A stretch of DNA of 64,000 nucleotides from Blautia sp. GTDB taxonomy: Bacteria; Bacillota; Clostridia; Lachnospirales; Lachnospiraceae. This document shows positions 1-10,680 of the stretch, in pieces; position 1 is the stretch's first letter; each line of letters begins with the position of its first letter. The translations under genes were made by a program, and so were the position numbers. The notes under the pieces were generated by a model. It made no database searches. It saw only the letters and a list, made by a program, of their open reading frames with translations, and was not told the DNA's origin. The DNA lies in assembly GCA_021772055.1 (NCBI GenBank), contig JAETNR010000017.1, positions 4,386 through 68,385 of the forward strand, read 5' to 3'.

Positions 1-279
1 CATCGATGCAACATACCCATCGATATCTTCGTTAAAATCAATTGCAGCATTTCTAACACTATTTGCCACTCCCAGAGCAATAACTATATTCAAAATAGAT
101 TCATATGATAAATATGTTCCATAAGCACCATATTCACTGGTTGACATTAAATTAGAAAATAAAGGTGTGCTTAAAAAAGCAATACCTTTTAATAAAATAG
201 ACCCTATAACATATGCTATTCCCGCTTTAATAACCTTCGATTGTAGTTTATTCTTTAATGTCTTCAAAATACTATTCAT
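1..279 (-). CDS. wzx: Wzx-type polysaccharide flippase, N-terminal part (runs off the window edge)
   Basis: Translated by hand from the ATG at 279: MNSILKTLKNKLQSKVIKAGIAYVIGSILLKGIAFLSTPLFSNLMSTSEYG..., a typical Wzx/MOP N-terminus (F-x-x-P-x-F-x-x-L-M-x-x-x-E-Y-G). Confidence 0.8.
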   Translation of the reverse strand, partial: MNSILKTLKNKLQSKVIKAGIAYVIGSILLKGIAFLSTPLFSNLMSTSEYGAYGTYLSYESILNIVIALGVANSVRNAAIDFNEDIDGYVASM

Positions 280-312
280 ATCCTCATCATCTTTTTAATA
301 TAATACAAGTCC

Positions 313-1446
313 TTAACGTGCAATAAGTCTTTTTATTGTTTCTTTGGAACGCAATATAATTGAGTTTCCGAATATAATAAGTGTAATTCTAGGGAATTTT
401 TGAATGCCAATCCAAAATAAGCCTCTAAGCTTTGGCTTTTTTGCCGATATTATATAATTAGGATTCCCTTTTATGACTTTATCAATTGGAATCTGGCGCC
501 ATACCAACGACTCTTTTACGCTCTCAAAAAGTTCTTTTCCTTTTTTTGTATGTATAATTACAGAAGAACAGCCTTTGTTATCATTCATATCATTTGCAAA
601 CTCGCTTATTCCCCAGCAATCAGCCAATGTTATATCACTTTTTCGATTTCTTGTCTTGAATTGACAACCGTAGCAAGATGGTCTCATATTATACCGTCTG
701 AAGTATGACTGCATATATTCGCTATAAAATCCACGAACAAGCAACTCTTGGTTATCGATAAACCTAAAGTTAATATGAAATTTATTCCAACCAAATGTTT
801 TATCCTTGAAATTAATATCACGTATTTTTTTGTTTGGAATAAATGCTTTCCTATATATATCCCAAATTTTTTCTGACGGAACTCCTAAGCAAATAATGTC
901 TACACAATAAAGTTCGGTTTCTTGATGGTTTCCTAAATAACTTTTAAGTCCCTCTACCTGGCAATGAGTTCCCACAAACATAACTTTCTGTCGATTTGAT
1001 AAAGCACCCTTAATATCCTTGTAAACATTTCCAAGATTACTTTGTACATATTTCGAACCCACTACTTTAAAAAGCTCATCGACGGTGTCAATTGAAATAT
1101 GACGCACATGAAAATCAGCATCATACGAAGCTGCATAAACTTTGCCGCCAGACAACAATATTTTCTCTGCAAGTAAAGCAAATAGACCTCCAGAAGAACT
1201 GACTTTACGTACATCATCATTCTTGTTGTAAGCAGCGTAGGCTAAATCTATCTCAGCTTTATTATCTTCGCAATTCAGTTTAGGACATTTCTTATTACAT
1301 AAATTGCATCCTATACACTTTTTCATATCAACTTTGGGATATAAAAAACCCTCTTTATCTGCTTGCATTTCTATAGCGTTCACTGGGCAAATATTAGCGC
1401 AGGTTGTGCAACCCATGCACATCTCTTTTTCTTTTATATTTATCAT
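313..1446 (-). CDS. 4Fe-4S / coenzyme F420 hydrogenase beta-subunit family protein (common in capsule loci)
   Basis: Two CxxCxxCxxxCP ferredoxin motifs plus SSSGG, GSKYVQS, GTHCQV and SDITLAD motifs. Start moved to the ATG at 1446 after an AAAGG RBS. Confidence 0.8.
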   Translation of the reverse strand: MINIKEKEMCMGCTTCANICPVNAIEMQADKEGFLYPKVDMKKCIGCNLCNKKCPKLNCEDNKAEIDLAYAAYNKNDDVRKVSSSGGLFALLAEKILLSGGKVYAASYDADFHVRHISIDTVDELFKVVGSKYVQSNLGNVYKDIKGALSNRQKVMFVGTHCQVEGLKSYLGNHQETELYCVDIICLGVPSEKIWDIYRKAFIPNKKIRDINFKDKTFGWNKFHINFRFIDNQELLVRGFYSEYMQSYFRRYNMRPSCYGCQFKTRNRKSDITLADCWGISEFANDMNDNKGCSSVIIHTKKGKELFESVKESLVWRQIPIDKVIKGNPNYIISAKKPKLRGLFWIGIQKFPRITLIIFGNSIILRSKETIKRLIAR

Positions 1447-1459
1447 AGTATTACCTTTT

Positions 1460-2659
1460 TTACAACTTACTTCGTAATATTTCTGTTGTTCTCTTGGATT
1501 CACCTATCAGTTTTGAATTTAATTTATTTAATACTTCTTTATACTCATCATAGTGTGAAATCATATAATTAAACTTACTTATTAATATATTTGGTGTAAG
1601 ATCTTTGATTTCGATACAATAATCAGTACATTCAATTTTTTCCATAAAACCTTTCATTTTTTGCTCGTATGATACAGATATAAATGGTGTTTTCATTTTA
1701 CATGAAAAAATATTTGAATGATATCTCATTCCAACTACAGCGGTCATTTTTGAAATTACATATTGTTGGAAGTAACAGTCATAAATATCATCCATTACAA
1801 ATGCATGTTTGTTTGAAAATTGTGCCATATAATCATAATCATGCGCAGCCCCAAATAACTGAGGAATAAACACAACACCATATCCATTTGCATTCAAATA
1901 TTCCACAAACTCCTTGAATGACTCATATATATTATTCTTTATTGAAAAATTGCCCGCATATAATGGGTTCCATTGTAAATCCGTTATGGTAATTCCTACC
2001 AAACGATCATGATTGTTGATAAAATCTGATAAATCATCATAATCCTCTAAAATCGATGCATTCTTTTCGATATTTATAGGATGCTGAAAAGCAGAATCCA
2101 AAGTAACTTCCGCACTGATATCTGGCAGCAACAGTTTCAAATAAGAAGCAGAGATAGCTTCTCTCAATGTAATGGCACACGCATTTTTCAATACATATTT
2201 TCTGAATATATTTCTGAATTTTTTATTAAATGGCCCCATGGACGGAGCGTATATAAAATATGGTTTCCCTAATCTTTTTGCTAAAAGTAACCTATAAAGA
2301 TATGGTATCTCTGCATTTAAATATATATCGCCTATTGAGGGTCCACCGGGCGCATGTACGACTATATCTGAAGCTTGAAGCATATGAACAAATGTCTTTC
2401 CTTGTTCAGTCAAACAAATTTTACCTTTAGAAAGATATATCAAAGCTACTTCAAAGGTATCCCTCATTTTAGGAAATCGATTGTGTAAAACATCCACTCC
2501 TTGTTTTTCTAGATTTTCAATTTCATATAACTTATTGCTATTAATCTGTAAAGATATATGGTTGTTTTTATCTACCAATAATTCGTCTATTAATGCTCTA
2601 TTAGCAGCTTCATCTCCACGATTGTTCCAATGCGCATGAATCAAAAAAATATTGTTCAT
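1460..2659 (-). CDS. Polysaccharide pyruvyl transferase family protein
   Basis: NRGDEA, PGGPS, SMGPF, ITLRE and VGMRYHS motifs. Confidence 0.85.
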   Translation of the reverse strand: MNNIFLIHAHWNNRGDEAANRALIDELLVDKNNHISLQINSNKLYEIENLEKQGVDVLHNRFPKMRDTFEVALIYLSKGKICLTEQGKTFVHMLQASDIVVHAPGGPSIGDIYLNAEIPYLYRLLLAKRLGKPYFIYAPSMGPFNKKFRNIFRKYVLKNACAITLREAISASYLKLLLPDISAEVTLDSAFQHPINIEKNASILEDYDDLSDFINNHDRLVGITITDLQWNPLYAGNFSIKNNIYESFKEFVEYLNANGYGVVFIPQLFGAAHDYDYMAQFSNKHAFVMDDIYDCYFQQYVISKMTAVVGMRYHSNIFSCKMKTPFISVSYEQKMKGFMEKIECTDYCIEIKDLTPNILISKFNYMISHYDEYKEVLNKLNSKLIGESKRTTEILRSKL

Positions 2660-4065
2660 TTCAAAACCTCTTTCAAATACTTTCTTTTACTAATCCCAAT
2701 AACCAAAAGGCTCAGAACCATTTGGTTAGTAAATGTGAATGCATTTCCGTAAGTCATGTAATATGTATTAGCACAAGCTATACTTAACAAAACCATTCCA
2801 TATTCTTTTAATGCACGATTTTCTCTTAACATTTTAATACTCAGAACATATTGGCTTGCAACCATAAATAATAAAGCAAGCACCCCAAGAATACCCATCT
2901 CAAGTAAAATGCAAGAAAAGCCCGATAAATAATAACCTTGTCGCGTTCCTAAATTTTCCAAAATATAATTATAATTTGCGCTTCCATGCCCGTTAAGAAT
3001 ATGGTAAATGTTTTCTGGTGGAAATGCTGTACCAATTCCAAATCCAAAGATTTTCTTCAAATATGTGTTACAGAAATGATCAAATGCTATAAATCCCGCC
3101 TCAAATCTTCCATACTGAAATGCCATTCCGTTTGAATTACCAAAAAGATAGTTATTAATTCCATCTAATGTGAACAATAAACCAAATTTGGGATACATAA
3201 TTGTTATTAATCGCATACCAATTAGCAATCCAGCAGCTATAAGGAAAAACAAGCCTATTCTTCTCGCCCACTTATTTTTATAGAGTATCAAAGCAAACAG
3301 AATTGCAACATTAAAAACAACAATCATAGCTTTATTTTCCGTCACCAGCATTATAAACATAATAAAAATGTACTCAAATAAAAAGCTAATCAAACTTTTT
3401 TCCTTGTTAATATACTTAGACAAAATTATTGCAAATCTTATTCCAATAAAAAGCATACATGCTCCTGACCCATATATACCAAAAAAACCATTTCTTGAAT
3501 CTACATGAAATCCAAGTACACATTCAATGATAATAAGAATAACACATATTGGATATAAAAATTTAAAAAGCTCATAATAATCATAATCTACATCGCATGC
3601 AATAAAATATGCTGCAAAATATCTTAAAAACATTATAAAACCATTAAAAGCTTGCCATGATGAAGATAACGGATTCAATAATCCACCAACGAATCCTACT
3701 ATTAGCAATAATAGCAATAATACCGGACCAGAATAATTCTTTATATCCTTGTGAATTCTTAGACAGCGTAATAATAATATAATAAGCCACAAATCAACAC
3801 ATTTCATTGCGCCATAATCCACATTTATACCTAAATACACTGTGGTAATGTCATAGATAAAATTAAAGCATAAATGAAAAAGTACAGCCATACATAATGA
3901 ATGGCCTAGATTCTTTATACCAAGCGCCAAAAAACCTATTACGGTGAATGAAACAATACTAGCTATCTCAATTGGGAAAACAATGTAATTAATATATACA
4001 GTTAGAGCCAGTAACATAGCTTCAATACATTTATTAAGTTCTTTTCTATATACCTTTATTCTCAT
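2656..4065 (-). CDS. wzy: Putative Wzy polysaccharide polymerase
   Basis: About 11-12 hydrophobic segments, low GC, GFGIG and late E-x-G-I-L-G motifs, position among glycosyltransferases. Confidence 0.65.
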   Translation of the reverse strand: MRIKVYRKELNKCIEAMLLALTVYINYIVFPIEIASIVSFTVIGFLALGIKNLGHSLCMAVLFHLCFNFIYDITTVYLGINVDYGAMKCVDLWLIILLLRCLRIHKDIKNYSGPVLLLLLLIVGFVGGLLNPLSSSWQAFNGFIMFLRYFAAYFIACDVDYDYYELFKFLYPICVILIIIECVLGFHVDSRNGFFGIYGSGACMLFIGIRFAIILSKYINKEKSLISFLFEYIFIMFIMLVTENKAMIVVFNVAILFALILYKNKWARRIGLFFLIAAGLLIGMRLITIMYPKFGLLFTLDGINNYLFGNSNGMAFQYGRFEAGFIAFDHFCNTYLKKIFGFGIGTAFPPENIYHILNGHGSANYNYILENLGTRQGYYLSGFSCILLEMGILGVLALLFMVASQYVLSIKMLRENRALKEYGMVLLSIACANTYYMTYGNAFTFTNQMVLSLLVIGISKRKYLKEVLK

Positions 4066-4089
4066 GTTATTACTTTTATGATTTTTATT

Positions 4090-5172
4090 TTATAGTTTAG
4101 AATAAAAATCAAGATACCTTTCAGAAAAGTTTTTTATACTAAAGCTTTCATAATACGTCTTATAAGCATTCTCACCATATTGCGTTAATAAATCAACATT
4201 ATGATAGAAATACATAATTCCTTCAGCTATAGCATTTGGATTTTGTGTATCAACCAGTAATCCATTGACATAATTGCTGATGACTTCTTTTGTGCCATCA
4301 ATATTAGTTGCAACCACAGGCACGCCAACAGAAAAAGCCTCCATGGGCGTAAGAGGAAGACCCTCGTATACAGAAGTAAGAACTAAAATATCAGCTTGTT
4401 TAATCGTATTCTTAATATCTTTTCTGAATCCCAAAAAAATCACATCATTTTCCAGATTATATTTTTTGACCATATCTAATAATTCTTCTTTCAAAGGGCC
4501 ATCACCAACAATAAAAAACTTGATTTTACATTTTTCTGTAACCAAAATTTTTGCTGCTTCGATGAAATAAGACAAACCCTTCTGGGGATGTAAACGAGCT
4601 GAATTCATAACAATAAAATACCCGGATTCCCTTTCCACGCTTATTTCAGGTATTTCAATCTCTATTCCATCATATTCATCTACGGCGTTATTAATTGTCG
4701 TAATACATTTTTCATCAAGGCCAAAAAAATCTACCAGATTATCTTTTGCCTTCGTCCCATCGGCAATTAGATTTATATTTTTTAGTATATAATGAGAGAA
4801 TATTGGTTTATCAGAATAGATTGTGTGATTATTATAAATAATCTTAACTTTCCCACCAATTAGTTTCGCATAAAATACAGCCATCCTATGATGACAATGG
4901 ATTACATTAATTCTATTGTCGTTTACAATTTTCTTGATGATTAAAAGTGTCTTCAATATTTGAGAAGGATTTTTCGCAACAATATCAGGTATTGTTATAT
5001 GTTCTATGCCAATTTTCTTTAATCTTTCAACATATACACCACCTATTGAAGCAACTATGACTTTATCAAATCTATCTTTTGTTCCAAGGCATAACTGATA
5101 AATGATTTTTTGTACACCTCCATAATCTAAACCATTTGTGATATGCAAAACTCTTATCTCTGATAATTCCAT
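4090..5172 (-). CDS. Glycosyltransferase family 4
   Basis: GGVQK N-terminal motif, ARLHPQKG, EGLPLTPMEA (Ex7E). Confidence 0.9.
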   Translation of the reverse strand: MELSEIRVLHITNGLDYGGVQKIIYQLCLGTKDRFDKVIVASIGGVYVERLKKIGIEHITIPDIVAKNPSQILKTLLIIKKIVNDNRINVIHCHHRMAVFYAKLIGGKVKIIYNNHTIYSDKPIFSHYILKNINLIADGTKAKDNLVDFFGLDEKCITTINNAVDEYDGIEIEIPEISVERESGYFIVMNSARLHPQKGLSYFIEAAKILVTEKCKIKFFIVGDGPLKEELLDMVKKYNLENDVIFLGFRKDIKNTIKQADILVLTSVYEGLPLTPMEAFSVGVPVVATNIDGTKEVISNYVNGLLVDTQNPNAIAEGIMYFYHNVDLLTQYGENAYKTYYESFSIKNFSERYLDFYSKL

Positions 5173-5186
5173 GTATTCTCTCCTTA

Positions 5187-6098
5187 TTATGCAATTCCTA
5201 GTAATACTCTAATTCTGAATGACCTTAAAGCAGCCTTAGATCTTGCTTTAGTTAATGGATGAAATACAATCCTCAACCTACAAAATAAATTACTTTCGCA
5301 TTCAGCCAAAAGTTCTAAGAATTCTCTATCATCTTGTTTTATTCCCTCGCAATTATATAAAATATTTTTTGCGAGAGATATAACAGCCCCTCTATTCTTT
5401 TTATCAAACCAACTGTGCAAAGACGCTTTCTTTTGTTCAAAGAAGCTTTTACCTGCTTTCGCAACAGCATTATTTGAATGAACTCGATACCCAAATCTAG
5501 GTATATCATCATAAACAACCATACCTGTCCCTAGTATATACTCCATAGCAACTAAATCGTGCATAGGTATACGTTCAATTGCTATTCCTTTTAAATATTC
5601 AACCGCTTCAAAATTCAAAATCATTGAACACCCTTGCGCGCTACCACATATGAGTTGTGATGGGATACTTAAAATAGGTTCTTCTTCATGAAGCTTTTCC
5701 TTTATTATACTGTCGTCATCAGAAATTAATCGACAATTTGAAAACCACAATACTCTTCCATTTAATTCTTTAATTCTGTTTATAGCTACAGATAATTTAT
5801 TGCTATCCCATATGTCATCCTGATCAACAAAAGCATAGTAATCGGACTTAGGCGCCTCTTTTAACAATTTCCAAAAACTCTTTGCGGATCCTAAGTTACA
5901 CTTATCTTCAATTAATTCTATATTTAATTTTTCTTTATAATCCTCTAGTATGCAAATTGTATTATCTCGACTTCCATCATCCCTGACTATCATAGAAATC
6001 TTAACGTTTTGCAAATCTTGGTTACATATAGAATCGAGTTGTTTCCTTAAATATTTCTCTCCGTTGTAAGTTGATAGTAATATAGTTACTTTAATCAT
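5187..6098 (-). CDS. Glycosyltransferase family 2 (RgpB-like, possible rhamnosyltransferase)
   Basis: LLSTYNGEKYL, RDDGS, DQDD and MHD motifs. Confidence 0.85.
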   Translation of the reverse strand: MIKVTILLSTYNGEKYLRKQLDSICNQDLQNVKISMIVRDDGSRDNTICILEDYKEKLNIELIEDKCNLGSAKSFWKLLKEAPKSDYYAFVDQDDIWDSNKLSVAINRIKELNGRVLWFSNCRLISDDDSIIKEKLHEEEPILSIPSQLICGSAQGCSMILNFEAVEYLKGIAIERIPMHDLVAMEYILGTGMVVYDDIPRFGYRVHSNNAVAKAGKSFFEQKKASLHSWFDKKNRGAVISLAKNILYNCEGIKQDDREFLELLAECESNLFCRLRIVFHPLTKARSKAALRSFRIRVLLGIA

Positions 6099-6583
6099 CT
6101 ATATGTCCCCCTAGGCAAGACATCTTCTGAAATAATTGATCCTGCTTTTATATGATTATTTGCTCCTATAATAACAGCCCCAAAAACTTTGGCGTCTGTA
6201 TAAATGATTACATTATCTTCAATCACAGGCTGAAAAAACTCCTTATCGCCATAAATTCTAGTTTTTCCACTCCCCCCAAGAGTTACGCCTTGATAAATCG
6301 TCATGCGTCCTAACGACTTTACATCTTTCCCAATTACAGTACCTAATCCATGTACCAGTTTAAAACCACCGGCTATATCCGCCCTATAATCAATATCAAC
6401 ATTAAAAATCACACGATTTAAATACCAGAATACTTTTGCTAAGATAGCGAGTCGAATATTATAGAAAAAATGGGCTAGTCTATACAATACAATTGAATGA
6501 AAACACGGGTTCGTTAACAGAGTTACTATTGCCCTTTTCAAAGAGCCTCCACTATACTCTTGTAAATCTTTCCATATCTTCAT
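6095..6583 (-). CDS. Hexapeptide-repeat O-acetyltransferase (serine acetyltransferase-like)
   Basis: HGLGTVIG, IYQGVTLG and PVIEDNV left-handed beta-helix motifs. Confidence 0.8.
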   Translation of the reverse strand: MKIWKDLQEYSGGSLKRAIVTLLTNPCFHSIVLYRLAHFFYNIRLAILAKVFWYLNRVIFNVDIDYRADIAGGFKLVHGLGTVIGKDVKSLGRMTIYQGVTLGGSGKTRIYGDKEFFQPVIEDNVIIYTDAKVFGAVIIGANNHIKAGSIISEDVLPRGTYR

Positions 6584-7050
6584 TTATCCGTGCCCCCTAT
6601 GAATTCCTCTAAACTATTTATAATCGTTTCCGTATTGCTCTGGTATTCGTTATATGTAGTGTTCTTCACTACTTCCAAAGCTTTCTGTAAATCTCCATCC
6701 ATGCAAGCATAAATCAAATTCAGATCCTTGAATTGCTTAATAAGCTGTATTTGATGATCATCCACGTGTTCGCCATACTTAGCCAATCTTGGAACTGCGA
6801 TTACCTTTTTACCTTTTTTTACAGCACCGATAATAGCCCCGGTACCGCCATGAGTTATAACAATATCTGCCTTCTCTTCCCAAGCAGCAAATTCATCTCT
6901 GTCCAGGAATTCCTTGTATGCATAGTTTTGCGGTTTGTAGTCGCTGTATCCAATCTGAGCGAATATTTCTTCATCTGTATCTAATTCATCTACAGCTTTC
7001 AATAATCTATTGAACTGAAATTTCTGAGAACCTAATGTAACAAATATCAT
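6580..7050 (-). CDS. PssE/Cps14G (Alg13-like) glycosyltransferase subunit
   Basis: MIFVTLGSQKFQFNRL, ITHGGTG and GEHVDDHQ motifs. Confidence 0.9.
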   Translation of the reverse strand: MIFVTLGSQKFQFNRLLKAVDELDTDEEIFAQIGYSDYKPQNYAYKEFLDRDEFAAWEEKADIVITHGGTGAIIGAVKKGKKVIAVPRLAKYGEHVDDHQIQLIKQFKDLNLIYACMDGDLQKALEVVKNTTYNEYQSNTETIINSLEEFIGGTDK

Positions 7051-7523
7051 CAGTAAATCCCTCCTAAATAGATAGCATCAGGATAAAACTGTTTCATTGG
7101 TTCCCACTGAACATAGAACTGATCTGCGAACCTGTAGAGAAACTTACCTGTCTCAGTTGGAGAGGAAACTTTTGCAAAAGACTCTATGTAGATTAACTTT
7201 CCACCAAACAGTTTGACCAACAAGCAAAGAGGAATCATGGCAAGTACACCGGTTGTAATAATCACATCAGGCCTTTCCACTACTACCATTCTTAAACTCT
7301 TAAAAGCATTTGCTATCATCCATACTGGCATGGTCCATTCTTTACGGTTGACCTGGTGAAGATAGTACATCTTCTCTCCCTTAATTGATGCTTTATATGC
7401 CGTTTCCTCAGTCACAACAAAACTGTCGTACTCATCCATAAGAGGCTTCAGCATGGAAAGCTGCTCAAAATGTCCACCTGATGAGGCGGCAAAACAAATC
7501 TTTTTTTTACCGTAACCACTCAC
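7050..7523 (-). CDS. PssD/Cps14F (Alg14-like) glycosyltransferase subunit
   Basis: ASSGGH, YIESFA and FYVQW motifs; paired with the neighbouring Cps14G-like gene. Confidence 0.9.
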   Translation of the reverse strand: MSGYGKKKICFAASSGGHFEQLSMLKPLMDEYDSFVVTEETAYKASIKGEKMYYLHQVNRKEWTMPVWMIANAFKSLRMVVVERPDVIITTGVLAMIPLCLLVKLFGGKLIYIESFAKVSSPTETGKFLYRFADQFYVQWEPMKQFYPDAIYLGGIY

Positions 7524-8458
7524 TTTATCATCATTTCCTTCTTCATAAACTCAGCAGTTCTCCTTATCCCCTCTTCTAAACCGATAGGATTCAATCTGCC
7601 ATAGCATTTCTCATATCTGCTTATGTCCAAATAGTTAACAGGAACATCAACAGCACGTCCCTCTTTGTAAACAACCTTCGTATCTATGCCAACAACTTTT
7701 CTGACCGTTTCAACAACTTCTTTTATTGAAGTTCCATACCCGCAGCCAAGATTAAATGTATGATGTTTGTTCTCACCATTGACGATATTTAGGATTCCTC
7801 TTATTGCATCATCAATGTAAATAAAATCTCGAACTACCGACCCATCCCCATAAACCTGAAGTTCTTCTCCTTTAAGTGCTTTATATGTAAAAGTTGTTAC
7901 AGCGCCAAGCACACCGTTAGGTCTCTGATATGGGCCATATGGATTTGCAAGACGAATGATTCTGTAGTCCAATCCATACATATAGTTGTAGAGGTAAAGA
8001 AGTTTCTCTATAGTAATCTTCTGTACACCATATGAAGAGATAGGATTGGTTGGTGTATTTTCTGGTAATGGGCATTTTGCCTCTTTTCCATAAACAGTTC
8101 CCCCAGAGGATATAAACACTACTTTCTTTACTCCATACTTTACGCATGCATCGAATAAGTTGGAGGAAAATAACACATTAGCCTGAATATCCTGACTGAT
8201 GTGCTGATTTGAAGTGGTAGGAACATTTGTGCTTACCAGATGGTAAACAACATCCTGGCCTTCAAGGATAGAAAAATCCATTTCCAGATTAAGAGAAGAG
8301 TCTTGTATTTCCACATTGGAGAAATTGAGCTTTTCAATATTAGAAAAGTAGCTTTTGCTCTTGTCAACGAGGGTAATTCTATCTTCTTTATTCTCAGCCA
8401 ATTTAATTGTTAGATTTGTACCGATAAATCCGGCTGCTCCTAATATCAAAATGTTCAT
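7520..8458 (-). CDS. NAD-dependent epimerase/dehydratase
   Basis: GAAGFIG, SSGGTVYG, YGVQK (YxxxK), RDFIYIDD. Confidence 0.9.
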   Translation of the reverse strand: MNILILGAAGFIGTNLTIKLAENKEDRITLVDKSKSYFSNIEKLNFSNVEIQDSSLNLEMDFSILEGQDVVYHLVSTNVPTTSNQHISQDIQANVLFSSNLFDACVKYGVKKVVFISSGGTVYGKEAKCPLPENTPTNPISSYGVQKITIEKLLYLYNYMYGLDYRIIRLANPYGPYQRPNGVLGAVTTFTYKALKGEELQVYGDGSVVRDFIYIDDAIRGILNIVNGENKHHTFNLGCGYGTSIKEVVETVRKVVGIDTKVVYKEGRAVDVPVNYLDISRYEKCYGRLNPIGLEEGIRRTAEFMKKEMMIK

Positions 8459-8479
8459 CTCTTGTTCCCTCTATCTCTC

Positions 8480-9640
8480 TCAATCCCTCTTAAAAATATC
8501 TCTCGTATAAACCTTCTCAGCCACATCATCTAAGCAGCCATCATACCTATTCACCACGATGACATCGCACTCTTCTTTGAATTTATTCAAATCCTTCTCA
8601 ACCCTATACTTACAAAACTCACCAACATTCAATGTAGGTTCATACACCACAACTTCTACTCCCTCTCCACGCAGGATTTTCATAACATCCTGAATAGCAC
8701 TGGCGCGGAAATTGTCACTGTTGGCTTTCATTGTCAGCCTATATATTCCAACCACTTCTGGCTTTCTAGCCAAAATCATATTGGCGATATGTTCTTTCCT
8801 TGTTCTATTACTGCTGACTATGGCAGTGATCAATTCCTCCGGCACATTCTGGTAATTTGCCTTCAGCTGTTTTGTATCTTTTGGTAAGCAGTAACCACCA
8901 TATCCAAATGATGGGTTGTTGTAGTGCGTTCCGATACGAGGATCCAGGCCAATACCCTTAATGATTTCCTCTGTATTCAATCCCTTAACTTCACAATATG
9001 TATCGAGTTCATTGAAGTAAGATACCCTCAATGCCAGGTATGTATTGGCGAAAAGCTTAATAGCCTCTGCTTCAGTGCTATCCGTGAAAAGCACTTCCAC
9101 ATCTTTCTTAATGGCACCTTCTTTTAAGAGGTTCACAAACACTCTTGCTCTTTCACTCTTTTCCCCAACCACAATGCGGGATGGATAAAGGTTGTCGTAG
9201 AGTGCCTTACCTTCTCTCAAGAACTCAGGGGAGAAGAGGATTCTGTCCGTCTTATATTTTTGTTTTATTTCTTTTGTGTATCCAACCGGGATGGTACTTT
9301 TTATCACCACTACTGCCTTCTCACTCACCTTCAATACCTTCCCAATCACATCCTCAACAGCAGAAGTGTCGAAATGATTAGTCGTATCATCATAGTTGGT
9401 TGGGGCAGCAATTACCACGTAATCTGCGTCTTTATACGCATCCTCCCAATCAAGAGTAGCCTTCAGTTCTACCTTCTGTAGATACTCCTTGATTTCCTTG
9501 TCCTCGATTGGACTCTCTTTCCGATTTATCTTCTCTACTTTTTCTTTTATTATGTCCACCGCCGTGACATCATTGTGCTGAGCAAGCAATGTTGCGATTG
9601 AAAGTCCAACATATCCAGTTCCAGCTACTGCAATTTTCAT
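8480..9640 (-). CDS. ugd: UDP-glucose 6-dehydrogenase (copy 1)
   Basis: [15 protein letters not shown], catalytic [11 protein letters not shown]-terminal [11 protein letters not shown]. Confidence 0.95.
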   Translation of the reverse strand: MKIAVAGTGYVGLSIATLLAQHNDVTAVDIIKEKVEKINRKESPIEDKEIKEYLQKVELKATLDWEDAYKDADYVVIAAPTNYDDTTNHFDTSAVEDVIGKVLKVSEKAVVVIKSTIPVGYTKEIKQKYKTDRILFSPEFLREGKALYDNLYPSRIVVGEKSERARVFVNLLKEGAIKKDVEVLFTDSTEAEAIKLFANTYLALRVSYFNELDTYCEVKGLNTEEIIKGIGLDPRIGTHYNNPSFGYGGYCLPKDTKQLKANYQNVPEELITAIVSSNRTRKEHIANMILARKPEVVGIYRLTMKANSDNFRASAIQDVMKILRGEGVEVVVYEPTLNVGEFCKYRVEKDLNKFKEECDVIVVNRYDGCLDDVAEKVYTRDIFKRD

Positions 9641-9662
9641 TTCATTTCCTCTTCTCTTTTTA

Positions 9663-9796
9663 TCTATCTTCTCTGGCCTTTCCGGCCATTCTTCTTATCT
9701 TCCACTCCGGTTCCTCACCGTTCTTCTTTTCTTTTTTATCTTCTTATCTTCTTTTCTATCTTCTCTGGCCTTTTCAGCCATTCTTCTTTTCTTCCA
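9663..9796. repeat. 42-bp imperfect direct repeat pair (9663-9704 and 9755-9796)
   Basis: tctatcttctctggcctttccggccattcttcttatcttcca vs tctatcttctctggccttttcagccattcttcttttcttcca (39/42). Confidence 0.9.
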
Positions 9797-9834
9797 TCCT
9801 GGGCTTCTTGCCCACTCTTCTTTTCTTCCCTCTA

Positions 9835-10030
9835 CCCCATCCACCCAGTGTCCTTTACTCTTTCCCTCTCATCCCCTCCACCTCTGCTCTCTACTTCTCT
9901 TCTTTTCTCCCACACCCTCCGGTGTGGCTCTCTGCCACTCTACTTTTCTTCCACTCTTCTTTTCTCCCATCCATCCCCATCCACCCAGTGTCCTTTACCC
10001 TCTCTTTTAATCCCCCTCCACCTCTGCTCT
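9835..10030. repeat. 56-bp imperfect direct repeat pair (9835-9890 and 9975-10030)
   Basis: Both copies start ccccatccacccagtgtcctttac and end cccctccacctctgctct. Confidence 0.9.
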
Positions 10031-10680
10031 TCAAACCCATTCTTTCAGGGAGGGGATTAGTGAGGATGGTTAGAATTAGTACATATAAGGTGGGGTGGGA
10101 AGAATGGGGAAGGAACTGTCACAGTTGCATTCCGCTAACCCGTGCTTTATTACGTCTATTCTTACCTTGCCTATCTGCTTCCTTACTTTTCTTCTCGGCC
10201 TATCAACTACTAAACTCAACTCCCAATCTTCCACCCTACTCAATTCCTTATCTTCCTCACACCTTCTGGTGTGTTTTTCTTGTGGTGTGTTTGATATGTT
10301 TTGTGGTTTGCCGCCTTTGCGGCTGATTGGTCGTTCAGCTTAGTTCTTGATCGGCTTTTTTCTTCCTTTTTTTCTCTAGCCTGAGAATTTCTCTACCAAA
10401 ATCTCCCTTATATAGTGGGGAGGTTATCTTCCTCTCAGGGTTGGAGTGGCTGATTTGTTTTTTGGTTGTTTTTTTCACTTTTTTCTCAGCTAAGTGGGAA
10501 AACCATCAAAAAAGTGTTGCATAGAAGGTGAAGGGTTATCTGCCACCCTTCTTCCTCAATCCTCATCATCCAATCTACTTCATCAACCAGCTCTTCTCAC
10601 TTTCCTCTTTGTAAAGGCGTAAGAACCGAATAGCTGATTTAAAGAAAAAGCCATCTGCATTTTTACGTTAACAAATCTAC

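Noticed and set aside
9589-10326. 245-aa plus-strand ORF rich in F/S/L/P
   Set aside because: An artefact of the pyrimidine-rich strand; no RBS and no recognisable domain.
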